From positions 1 through 61,899 of IMG/VR virus record IMGVR_UViG_3300044703_000081: DNA of 61,899 bases. The stretch is one strand, 5' to 3'. Source of the DNA: a virus. Taxonomy: Duplodnaviria; Caudoviricetes. The stretch's first letter is position 1; every line of letters begins with the position of its first letter. Position numbers and translations under genes: made by a program. Shown here piece by piece: positions 36,646-45,777 of this stretch. The notes under the pieces were generated by a model. The model worked only from the letters and a program-made list of their open reading frames with translations. It did no database searches and had not been told where the DNA came from.

Positions 36646-37229
36646 CCGCCGCCCTTGACACCAAGCCGCTCCCGCGGGACGACGGGGTCATGCCGACCCC
36701 GTCCGACCTGCGCGCGCTCCGCACCCTCCTCGGCTACAGCCGCGACGAGATGGCGCGCCTGCTCGACGCCGGCGGCCGCGACGGCCGCCCGCTCACCGGC
36801 GAGGACATCCGCAAGCTCGAGCGCGCCCGCACCTGGTTCGTCAGCGCCACCCATGTGGAGACGCTGGAGATCATGCTGGCGCGCGTCAACATCGCGCTCG
36901 ACGAAGCCCTGCAGGGCGAGCCACCGAAGTTCCTCATCGCCTTCCCGAACGACGGCGCTTTCCGCGACTATGCGCCGGCGATGGCCGAATGGATGCACTA
37001 CAACTCCGCGCACCTGATGTTCACCGCCCGCCTGCTCGACGGATGGATGGTCGACGGCCACCGCCCCGAGGTGATGGAGCTCGTGCCGGCGTCCTACGCG
37101 CAATTCCGCAACGACCGCAACGCGCCCGACAATGACGCCACCCGGCTCGCCTGGGCCGCGGACTACCGCACCCTGATCAAGCAGCGCTCCGGCCTGCTGC
37201 GGCCGGAGCGGGAGAACGACGACGCATAA
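36642..37229 (+). CDS. XRE-HTH regulator resembling the Aca2/YdiL (DUF1870) family
   Basis: DLRALRTLLGYSRDEMARLL HTH, then PKFLIAFPNDGAFRDYAP and a Y..F....D....R.AWA tail. Confidence 0.55.
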   Translation: MTAALDTKPLPRDDGVMPTPSDLRALRTLLGYSRDEMARLLDAGGRDGRPLTGEDIRKLERARTWFVSATHVETLEIMLARVNIALDEALQGEPPKFLIAFPNDGAFRDYAPAMAEWMHYNSAHLMFTARLLDGWMVDGHRPEVMELVPASYAQFRNDRNAPDNDATRLAWAADYRTLIKQRSGLLRPERENDDA

Positions 37230-37269
37230 TCACACGGCCGCGATCGCGCGGCGTGAACAGGAGGAACAC

Positions 37270-38640
37270 ATGACCACCATCCCGCTCGGCACCACCGCCG
37301 CCGGCGAAGCCATTGCGCTGCCGCTGCGCCTCGCCAACCGCCACGGCCTGATCACCGGCGCCACCGGCACCGGCAAGACGGTCACCTTGCAGCGCCTGGC
37401 GGAAGGCTTCTCCGCCGCCGGCGTGCCGGTGTTCATGGCCGACATCAAGGGCGACCTCACCGGCTTGGCCACCTCCTTCCCCGTCCGCTTCTTCGACCTG
37501 TTCGGCGAGCAAGGCCTGCCCATGCGCACCTCGGTGCACGAAATGGGCCCGCTGCTGCTGGCGCGCATGCTCGAATTGAACGACACGCAAGAGGGCATCC
37601 TCAATATCGCCTTCCGCTGGTCGCCGCACGGCGTCACCGTGCCGCTGCGCGACCTGCACGACCTGCGCGCGCGGCTCTCGGCCATGCTCGATTACCTCCC
37701 CGAGATCCGTGCCGCGTATGGCAACGTCGCCGCCGCACCCATCGCGGTGATCCAGCGCGCGCTGCTGGTGCTCGACACCCAGGGCGGCGACCGCCTGTTC
37801 GGCGAGCCCGCCTTCGACATAGCCGACCTGCTCACCACCACCACCGGCGAGCCGCGCCAGCGCGTCCGCGACGGATCGCGCGTAAACGGCCTCGGCACCA
37901 TCAACCTGCTCGCCGCCGACCGCCTGCTGGAGACGCCGCGGCTCTACGCCACCTTCCTGCTGTGGCTGCTCACCGCGCTGTTCGACCACCTGCCCGAGGC
38001 CGGCGACGCCGACAAGCCCAGGCTGGTGTTCTTCTTCGACGAAGCGCACCTGCTGTTCGCCGACGCGCCCAAGCGGCTCCTGGAGACCATCGAGCGCACC
38101 GTGCGCCTGATCCGCAGCAAAGGCGTCGGCGTCTATTTCGTGACGCAAAGCCCGCGCGACGTGCCCGACAGTGTGCAGGCGCAATTGTCCCACCGCATCC
38201 AGCACGCGCTGCGGGTCTACACCGCGCGCGACCGCCGCATGCTCAAGGCGGTGGCCGACGGCTTCCGCCCGCCCGCGCACCTCGCCGACGCGCCGAAGAA
38301 AGCCGCCGCCTGGATCGAAGCCGAGGTCACCACGCTCTCCACCGGCGAAGCCTTGGTCTCATTGCTGACCACCGAGACCGGCGCGCCCATGCCGGTCGTG
38401 AAGGTCAACGTAACCCGCCCGGTATCGCAGATCGGCCCAATCGCCGACGCCGCCCGTGCCGCCATCATCGCCGCCGATGCGCTGGCCGGCAAATACACCC
38501 CCGCGCTCGATCGCCCGGCGCAGTTCCGCGCCTTCTGCAAGCGCTTGGTCACCACCGGCGAATTGCCGTCCGCCGTCGTCGCCGAGGCCTTCGCACCGCC
38601 ACCGGCCGCGGCATCGTGGCTGGCGCGGCTGTTCGGGTGA
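37270..38640 (+). CDS. HerA-like ATPase, DUF853/YjgR family
   Basis: LANRHGLITGATGTGKT, DIKGDL, FFFDEAH, IRSKGVGVYFVTQ, QHALR. Confidence 0.9.
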   Translation: MTTIPLGTTAAGEAIALPLRLANRHGLITGATGTGKTVTLQRLAEGFSAAGVPVFMADIKGDLTGLATSFPVRFFDLFGEQGLPMRTSVHEMGPLLLARMLELNDTQEGILNIAFRWSPHGVTVPLRDLHDLRARLSAMLDYLPEIRAAYGNVAAAPIAVIQRALLVLDTQGGDRLFGEPAFDIADLLTTTTGEPRQRVRDGSRVNGLGTINLLAADRLLETPRLYATFLLWLLTALFDHLPEAGDADKPRLVFFFDEAHLLFADAPKRLLETIERTVRLIRSKGVGVYFVTQSPRDVPDSVQAQLSHRIQHALRVYTARDRRMLKAVADGFRPPAHLADAPKKAAAWIEAEVTTLSTGEALVSLLTTETGAPMPVVKVNVTRPVSQIGPIADAARAAIIAADALAGKYTPALDRPAQFRAFCKRLVTTGELPSAVVAEAFAPPPAAASWLARLFG

Positions 38641-38669
38641 AGGTATGCGTGTCACACGTATACCTTTCA

Positions 38670-38927
38670 TCAGTCCCCATCGGCGCGAAGTCGGCGGCAT
38701 GCGCGCCTGATCTCGCTGGCATCGTCGTTGTCGCCGTAGTCGCAATCGCCGCACGCCGTGCAGGTGTTGACCGGAACCGAGCACGCGCCGGCCTTGCACC
38801 CACAGTTGGCACCGCCCAGGCTCTCCCACCGATGCCCGACCTCGGCGCAGGTCGCCGCCGCCGCGGCCCTCTCCAGTCGCGCGACCTCTGCTTTGGCGGA
38901 CTCAAGTTGTTCTGCGAGCTTCATCAT
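38670..38927 (-). CDS. Small Cys-rich hypothetical protein
   Basis: C...GH.W...CGC...C...CTACGDCD. Confidence 0.7.
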   Translation of the reverse strand: MMKLAEQLESAKAEVARLERAAAAATCAEVGHRWESLGGANCGCKAGACSVPVNTCTACGDCDYGDNDDASEIRRACRRLRADGD

Positions 38928-41153
38928 CCGCGTTCTTCCGTTTCAATTCGGCATTGTGCGCAGCGATCGCCGCCTTCACCGCCGGCCCGTGACTGACCTT
39001 GGCCTCCGCCATCGCGGCGATCACGCACCAGTTGATTCCCATGTCGGCGATGATCGAAGCGGCCAGCTCTTTGCCGAGCACGCGCTCGCACGCTTCCCGG
39101 ATGTTCATCGCTTCCCCACTGTGTCGAGCGTGCCGTCGTCGACCACCGCCAGCACCCGCTCGGCCAGTTGCTCCATCGACCGGCCCCACACGTCGCCGGC
39201 GCCGCACACGTTCACGCTCACCGTGGCGTCGGTGTACGAGATCAGCACGCATCCGCGCAGCCCCATGCCCCGCGCCAGCCGCGTAAGCTCGCGCGCCAGC
39301 CGATCGGTGCGCGGGTCGACGGCGAGCAGGGCGGGGCGGACGTCAATCGTACTTGCCACCGGCGGTCCCCTCTTGCGCAAGCCGCCACGCGATCGGGGAA
39401 ACGGTGCCGTACCACTTCCCCTTGTCGGTCCAGAACGCCCAGGCTTCACCACCGCCCTTGGTGCGCTCGCCGCGATACTGCGCCGTGACCACGTGCCCGT
39501 TAGCGAACCTGATGTCGACGCGTGGCCCAGGCACGAGATGGTATTTGCCGGCGTCGTCGCGGAAGTCGGCCCACGGATACTCGCTCATCGGCCGCCACGG
39601 CCGTTCCTCTTGCCAGCCGTCGAAATAATCGTTCATCACCAATCGGGCGGCATTCAGATCAGCCTGGCGCTGCTGGATCGCTTCCGCCTCGGTCTCCTCG
39701 CCGATCACGAACGTCGACAAGTCCTCCACACTGCAGGCGCGCAACCGCGCCAGCCCGGCCTCCGCCGGCGCCAGCAGTGGTTCCCACGCGTCCGGTACAC
39801 GGAAGGTTTCAAAGTCGATCGGCTCACCGGGATACACCGTGCCTATCAGGTGACCACCGTTGTCCTGCTCAATCGCGACGAAGGCGGCGTGCAGGTTGGG
39901 GAAAGACTTTCCAGTGACCTCAATCATTTCATTGCTCCCTGCTTGGCCTCGCACCGCTTGCAGTGCTTGAACGTGCCGGCCTCGAGCAGCATGCCGACGC
40001 GCGCCGGCGACGCGCCGCACAGCGGATAGGCCACGCCCGCTTCCGCGCGTGTGAAGTAGTGCGCCTTGCCGAAGTTGAAGGTCAGCACCGCCCAGCCCTG
40101 GCGGAATTTCACCGGCTTGGGACCCGACATCATGGCTGCCCCCTCGCATCCCGAGCCCGGTGCAGTTCCCGCGCCAGCGCGCGTATCCGATCGCTGTCGG
40201 AGCCGTTGAAACACGCGCATAGGAACCGGGCCCCGGCGGCCCGCCAGGCCGCCTCGCGCTGCGCCGGCGTCGCCTCGACCACCCGCAGCCGCGACAGCAT
40301 CACCACCGAGGCGCTCGCCGCCGTGTGCTGCCACCGTTGCGCCGCCAGCGCCGTCCCGCTCATTGCAGGGCGTCCGTCAGCCCCACCGCGCGTTCCGCCG
40401 CCGCCACCACAGCGTCGACGATGCCGACGAGATCGCCGGCCTTGGCGTCCAACTCCTCCCACGGCACCATCATTTCGCAGTAGCTGCCTTGCGCCGCGAG
40501 CTCACCCGGCGTCAGCACGACGAAGGCCGCGCGAATCAAGAGGCCGGGACTCTCGTACTCCATCGTGGTGACGCCCAACCGGCGCTGCGGCGTGCCGCCC
40601 CACTGCGTCATGAAACGCACGTGCAGACCACGGCCGCTCGTGTCGCCGTGCCGCCGTTGATGCTCGCGCCCCCGTTCGATCGCCGCTTGTAGTGCAAGAC
40701 CGACATTCATTGCAGCCTCCCGCAGTTGGCGAGCCATTGTTGCAGCGTCCCCGCGAACGCCTTGAACGGCACCACGTCGGTGCGATGCTTGAAGCAATGC
40801 CAGCACACCACCGGCCCCGCCTGCTTCGGCCCGCCGCAGCCGAGACAGACCAGCGCCTCGCGCACGGTCTCCTCGAAGGCGTCGACAGGGGGGCTCATCT
40901 ACAGATTCCACAGCCGGGGATCGTCCGGCGTCTTCGGCTTGAGGTTCGTGCAGAACGATTTGAATATCTCGCTGTAGGTGCCGACGTGGCAGTCGCAGAC
41001 GCGCCAACCTTGTGCGCGTGCACGCGGCGGCACCCGGCAGGCGAACAGGCAGCCCGCGATCGGCACCAGCGTCCAGCGCGCCACCGCCGCCATGCGCTTG
41101 AATTCCTCCAGCGTCATGAAGTAGCGGTAGCGGTATTGGTAGGACGGTCTCAC
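38902..41153 (-). other. Run of eight small coupled hypothetical CDS (38902-39108, 39105-39359, 39343-39927, 39924-40133, 40130-40363, 40360-40710, 40707-40898, 40899-41153)
   Basis: Mostly 4-nt start/stop overlaps; several CxxC pairs; nin-like region. Confidence 0.65.
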
Positions 41154-43225
41154 TCCGCCGCCTCCAGCACGAAGTCCGGCGGCGCGTCGCGCTCGAGCAC
41201 GCGCGGCGCGAAGTTGGCCTTGACCAGCGCGCTCACCACCGGCGGCGACACCGAGTTGCCGACCATGCGGCCCTGCTCGTCGCCCGAGATCGTGCGCTGC
41301 ACCACCGTGCCGTTCTTGAGCCGCTTCGGCACCGTCAGGCTGATGATGTAATCCGGCTTGAAGCCCTGCGCGTTGAAGCGCTCGCGCGGGGTGAGCATCC
41401 GCATGCCGATGTCGACGATCTGATATTCGACGCCGTGCACCGTGACGATGCCGACGCGGTCCTTTGCCGTGACGGTATGCAGCGGGTCGCGCGCGTCCTG
41501 CCACTGCCCGCCGGTGCCGTAGTATTTGACCAGGAAGGCGCGCACCTCGGCGAGGTGCCGGCCCTGCGCGGTGATGCTGGCCACCGGCGCCGCAATGTCG
41601 CCGCCGCGCCGCTCGGTGCCTTTCAGGTTCACCATCCCGACCGACACCACCGCCTGCGTGCAGCCCTTGCTGACGATGGTCGACACCGGCTCGGTCGCGT
41701 CGTGGCCGATCATGTCGGTGTTGTGCTGCGCCAGGAAGGCAGAGACCACCGCGGCCTTGCCGCCGCCGCCCGGCGTAATCGTCCCCACCGGATCGTCACA
41801 CGTCGACCCGACGGACGCGCCGAACTGCCGCGACAGATGCGCCGCCACCACCGCGTGGCGCGGATCGCAGGTGATGGTGCGCAGCGGTTCCTCGGCGCTC
41901 GCCGAGCGATCGGTGCCGCCCTGGCCTTCGCCATAGAAAGCCGACAGATGCGCCGCCACCAAACAATCGTCCGCTTTCGCCGTCATCGTCCGCTCGGGTG
42001 CATCCGCAGGACGCGCCGCGCTCTGACCCGCGCGACCACCGCAACCGACCAGCACCGGCACCACCAGCGAGGCCTCATTGCCGCTCGGCACCACCACCGG
42101 CATCGGCTCCTCCACCGAGCGCGTGCGCGGCTCCTGTGCCGGCGCGGTGTCGGTCGCCGGCCGCTCGCCATAGCGCTGCACCAGGAACGGCGTCACGATC
42201 CCGAGCGGCGAGTAACCGCCCGGATGCGTCTCCGAATGCGCCGCCGTGATGGTATGCAGCGGCTCGTCGGCAGCGTGCCCGACGCAACCGTTGTTGAACT
42301 TGGTCACGAACGGCGTCACCACCGCATGCTCGCCGCGATGCGCGGTCGTCTGCGTCCGCAGCGGCTCGTCGATGCCGTTGACCCGGAAGTCACCACCGTG
42401 CGTGATCGGCACGATGAACGGCTGCGCGGCGTTGATGACATAGCGGAACACACCCTTGGCGATGCGCTCCATGGTCTTCGGCTTGAGCGGGCGCTGCACG
42501 CGGATGCGCGACGCCGCCCACAGCGCCTTCACCTCCGCCGGCGTCAGGAAGATCGACGGGCACGGCAGCGACCAGTCGATGATCTCCGCCGCCGCGCGCC
42601 AGGGTTTCAGCGTGCCGGACTTCACCGCCTCGGACTTCGGGTCGCCATGCGTCGGCGCCGGCCATACGATCGGCTCGCCGTCGCGCCGCGCGATCAGGAA
42701 CAGCCGCTTGCGGATCGTCGGCGCGCCGTAGTCGCACGCCCGCAGCTCGCGCCACTGCACGCGATAGCCGAGCTTCTTGAACTCACCCACCCATTTGCGG
42801 AACGTGTCGCCCTTGCGGTCGGGACAGGGCCGGCCGTCGGCGGCGAGCGGCCCCCAGGTCGCAAACTCCTCGACGTTCTCCAGGATGATCACCCGCGGCG
42901 AGACCTGCCGCGCCCACCGCACCACCACCCAGGCGAGATCGCGGATGCGCTTCTCGACCGGCTTGCCGCCCTTGGCCTTGGAGAAGTGCTTGCAGTCGGG
43001 CGAGGTCCACAACAATCCCACCGGCCGGCCGCCGCACACTTCGAGCGGGTCGACCTTCCAGATGTTGTGCGGCAGGTGCAGCGTGTTCGGATGGTTGGCG
43101 GCGTGCATGGCGAGCGCCGCGGCGTCGTGGTTGATGGCGATGTCCGGCGAGCGCCCGAGCGCCAGCTCGATGCCGAGCGAGGCGCCGCCACCACCGGCGA
43201 AGCTGTCGACAATGATTTCTCTCAT
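41150..43225 (-). CDS. C5-cytosine DNA methyltransferase with expanded repetitive variable region
   Basis: FAGGGG, SPDC, ENV, R.RLF and GNSV motifs. Confidence 0.93.
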   Translation of the reverse strand: MREIIVDSFAGGGGASLGIELALGRSPDIAINHDAAALAMHAANHPNTLHLPHNIWKVDPLEVCGGRPVGLLWTSPDCKHFSKAKGGKPVEKRIRDLAWVVVRWARQVSPRVIILENVEEFATWGPLAADGRPCPDRKGDTFRKWVGEFKKLGYRVQWRELRACDYGAPTIRKRLFLIARRDGEPIVWPAPTHGDPKSEAVKSGTLKPWRAAAEIIDWSLPCPSIFLTPAEVKALWAASRIRVQRPLKPKTMERIAKGVFRYVINAAQPFIVPITHGGDFRVNGIDEPLRTQTTAHRGEHAVVTPFVTKFNNGCVGHAADEPLHTITAAHSETHPGGYSPLGIVTPFLVQRYGERPATDTAPAQEPRTRSVEEPMPVVVPSGNEASLVVPVLVGCGGRAGQSAARPADAPERTMTAKADDCLVAAHLSAFYGEGQGGTDRSASAEEPLRTITCDPRHAVVAAHLSRQFGASVGSTCDDPVGTITPGGGGKAAVVSAFLAQHNTDMIGHDATEPVSTIVSKGCTQAVVSVGMVNLKGTERRGGDIAAPVASITAQGRHLAEVRAFLVKYYGTGGQWQDARDPLHTVTAKDRVGIVTVHGVEYQIVDIGMRMLTPRERFNAQGFKPDYIISLTVPKRLKNGTVVQRTISGDEQGRMVGNSVSPPVVSALVKANFAPRVLERDAPPDFVLEAAE

Positions 43226-43467
43226 GACACCTTTCCCCCACTCGCTCGAAAGTACGGCTTGACCGAGCCATTGAGCTTGACCGTCAGCCGTTTGCCGAAC
43301 CGATCCTTCGCCGTGCCAGCGATCACGCGAATCCATCCCTCGCTGACGCAATACTCAGCAACGTTGTTCTTCTCGACGCCGTTGAATCGAATGCCGACGC
43401 CGCGCGATAAAACATCGGCGTCGTGATACTGGCTTGCGGGATCGATCGAGAGACGGTCGGGCATCAT
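43222..43467 (-). CDS. DUF3297 family protein
   Basis: PDRLS..P....GVGIRFNG.EK.NV.EYCVSEGW. Confidence 0.8.
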   Translation of the reverse strand: MMPDRLSIDPASQYHDADVLSRGVGIRFNGVEKNNVAEYCVSEGWIRVIAGTAKDRFGKRLTVKLNGSVKPYFRASGGKVS

Positions 43468-44183
43468 TTCACCCGCTCCCCCGCCGCGTTCAACCCGTCC
43501 GCGATCGCCTGCAGCGCCGCCATGCGCTTCCTGCGAAAGGTCGAGTATTTCCAGCCGTGCTTGCGGCACAGCCGCTTCATGTCGTCGGCGCCGTCGCCGC
43601 GGCCGCGCGCCTTCACCAGCACCCACACCTGCAGCATGCGCGCGAGCTCCTCGCGGCCGGCGAGGAAGCGCGCCGGCCAGGCCATGGTCTCGTAGGCGTG
43701 CGAGATCTCCGCCGCCCGCGGCGGCACCGGCCGGCGCGCGAACGCCCATTTGGTCTGGTCGCGGCCGGCCTCGATCGACTGCACGTCGCGCAGCGCCTCC
43801 GCCCATTCGTTCACCGTCATGCTCCGCCGCGGCGCGGTGTTGTTGCGGGTATTGATCGCCGGCCACGGCGAGCGCGTCCCGGCCGGGCCCTTGGCCACCG
43901 GCAGCCGGTCGATCACCCGCACCATCTCGATCAGGCAGGCCGCCACCTCCGCCGCGTCGATCCGGTGCGGCGACGCCAACGGCGCCGGCGCGTCCTCGGC
44001 CGGCTGCTCGCGCGCTGGCCGCCGCGGCGTGCGGAAGTGCCGCGCGCGCGGATTGTCCTTGGCCGGCGGCTGGTAGATGTCCTCGACCACCGCATCCGGC
44101 GGCAACGACAGCCGCGTCCTGCCCGCATGCACCATCGCAAAATCCCCCATCACCGCGTTGCCCATTGAGGTGTGCATCGTCAT
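43464..44183 (-). CDS. Putative late-gene transcriptional regulator (DUF6362-like, C-terminal HTH)
   Basis: Position after rep; LC...GW..STFRR....AL..IA..LN. Confidence 0.6.
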   Translation of the reverse strand: MTMHTSMGNAVMGDFAMVHAGRTRLSLPPDAVVEDIYQPPAKDNPRARHFRTPRRPAREQPAEDAPAPLASPHRIDAAEVAACLIEMVRVIDRLPVAKGPAGTRSPWPAINTRNNTAPRRSMTVNEWAEALRDVQSIEAGRDQTKWAFARRPVPPRAAEISHAYETMAWPARFLAGREELARMLQVWVLVKARGRGDGADDMKRLCRKHGWKYSTFRRKRMAALQAIADGLNAAGERVK

Positions 44184-44503
44184 CGCCCCTTGTCGTCGAG
44201 CAGCCCCTCGATCGAGATTTCCCGCGCCACCGTCGCGAGGATGCGGCGGCACAGCCCGGCGAGATCGAGCCCGCGCGCCACCGCGTGCGGCAACAGCCGC
44301 TTCTGATCGGGGCCTTCGACCGGCACCGGCACCACGCGGGTGCCGAACGGCTTGGGATCGAGCCGGATGTTGTAGAGCCGCAGCGCCTCGGTGATGGCCT
44401 CCGGCGAGCGCGCACCCACCGCACTGGCGATCTCGCTCGCCGAATTGCCGCGCCCGGCGAGGAATGCCGCCTGCACCAGCGGATCGATGCGGATCTCGCT
44501 CAT
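44180..44503 (-). CDS. Small HTH DNA-binding protein
   Basis: G.SASEIA..VG..S. Confidence 0.6.
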   Translation of the reverse strand: MSEIRIDPLVQAAFLAGRGNSASEIASAVGARSPEAITEALRLYNIRLDPKPFGTRVVPVPVEGPDQKRLLPHAVARGLDLAGLCRRILATVAREISIEGLLDDKGR

Positions 44504-45777
44504 GCGCCGTCCCCATCGGTTTGCCCGGAGAGTTGCGCCTCGGCCTTGTTCAGCGGCCATTCGCGCGGATAGCGCCGGCCCTTGGTGCGGCGCTGGGTCT
44601 CGAAGGTCTTTCCGCTGCCGTCGGTATGCGTGACTGTGCCGTCGAGCATGATCAGCTCGGGCTCCGGCCAGCGCCCGCACCAGTCGTGCACGCGCTTCGA
44701 CCAGGCGAACCAGTGCGGCGTCTCGGGCTCGGCGATCGGCCACGTCGCCGTCGGCACGTCGGCGTACGCCGCATAGCCGAGCCCGCACGGCGGGACCTCC
44801 GCCGGGAAGGTGCCGCCGCGGCCTTCCGGCAGAAACTGCACCACCGGCGTCGGCACGCCGACCATCGCGCAGTACACCCACCACGCTTTCCACGCCGCGC
44901 TGTCCTCGGCGGCGAACCGCTTCGGTTTCGGGATCAGCTTCTTGGCGTCGGGGAACTCCTCGAAGCCGCGCCGCTCGAGCCATTTGTGCGCGTCGACCGG
45001 CCGGCGCTTGAGCGCCTCCAGCCGCTTGCCGTAGTCGATGGCGGCGAAGCGCGCCCATTGCCGATCGGGCTCGGCCAGTGCAGCGAACACCTCGGCCGCG
45101 CGCTCGCGGTCCATCACCTCGTGACCGGGGAAGTTCGACCAGAGCGCGATGAACGTCTCGCTCCTGGATGCGTTCGCTTGCTCGCTTACTCGATCGCCAG
45201 AATCCTGTTCGCGCACACCCCCCAAGGGGGGTAGGGGGGATTCTTTCTTAGACTCTGTAAGAATCGGGTGACTATTAGTCGCCCCTCCCGCGTCAGCCAG
45301 TCGCCCCCCGGGTGACTGATAGTCGCCCCCGAGGGGTGACTGTGTGTCGCCCCCCGCCGCCGGCAGGGGGTGACTATTAGTCGCCCCCCCGGGCGACTGT
45401 GTGTCGCCCGTGACATTGCCGGCGCTTTGGTCGCCTTTGCCGTCCAGCCGCGCGCCCGCCGCCGCCGCGGTCGCGTCGCTGCCGTCCTCGGAAATTTCCA
45501 GGTAGATCGGGTCGACCGGCGCACATATGCGATAGGTGCATGGCTTCATGCCGCCGTTGACGTTGGCCACCTTGACCAACACGGCGGCGGTTTCCAGCGC
45601 GCGCAGCTCGCGCTGCACCTGCCGCCGCGAGATGCCGATCTTCTCCGCCAGCCGCGGCACCGAGATGGTGATCTCGTGGGTTTTCGAATCCGCCGCGAAC
45701 GCCATGTCCCAGGCGATCGCGCGCGACAGGTCGTGCACCTTGCTGCGGTAAACCCATTTGCAGGCCTCGAAGCTCAT
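44500..45777 (-). CDS. Replication initiator protein (N-terminal HTH)
   Basis: SVPRLAEKIGISRRQVQRELRALE; internal iterons. Confidence 0.85.
   Translation of the reverse strand: MSFEACKWVYRSKVHDLSRAIAWDMAFAADSKTHEITISVPRLAEKIGISRRQVQRELRALETAAVLVKVANVNGGMKPCTYRICAPVDPIYLEISEDGSDATAAAAGARLDGKGDQSAGNVTGDTQSPGGATNSHPLPAAGGDTQSPLGGDYQSPGGRLADAGGATNSHPILTESKKESPLPPLGGVREQDSGDRVSEQANASRSETFIALWSNFPGHEVMDRERAAEVFAALAEPDRQWARFAAIDYGKRLEALKRRPVDAHKWLERRGFEEFPDAKKLIPKPKRFAAEDSAAWKAWWVYCAMVGVPTPVVQFLPEGRGGTFPAEVPPCGLGYAAYADVPTATWPIAEPETPHWFAWSKRVHDWCGRWPEPELIMLDGTVTHTDGSGKTFETQRRTKGRRYPREWPLNKAEAQLSGQTDGDGA
45266..45410. repeat. Iteron array / phage replication origin
   Basis: Five full and one partial copy of the quasi-palindrome GGGYGACT-N4-GTCGCCC inside rep, beside an AT-rich patch. 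Confidence 0.85.

Noticed and set aside
45266-45410. Short repeats as a CRISPR-like or novel array
   Set aside because: Spacing is short and irregular and they lie inside the replication initiator gene, as expected for lambdoid iterons.
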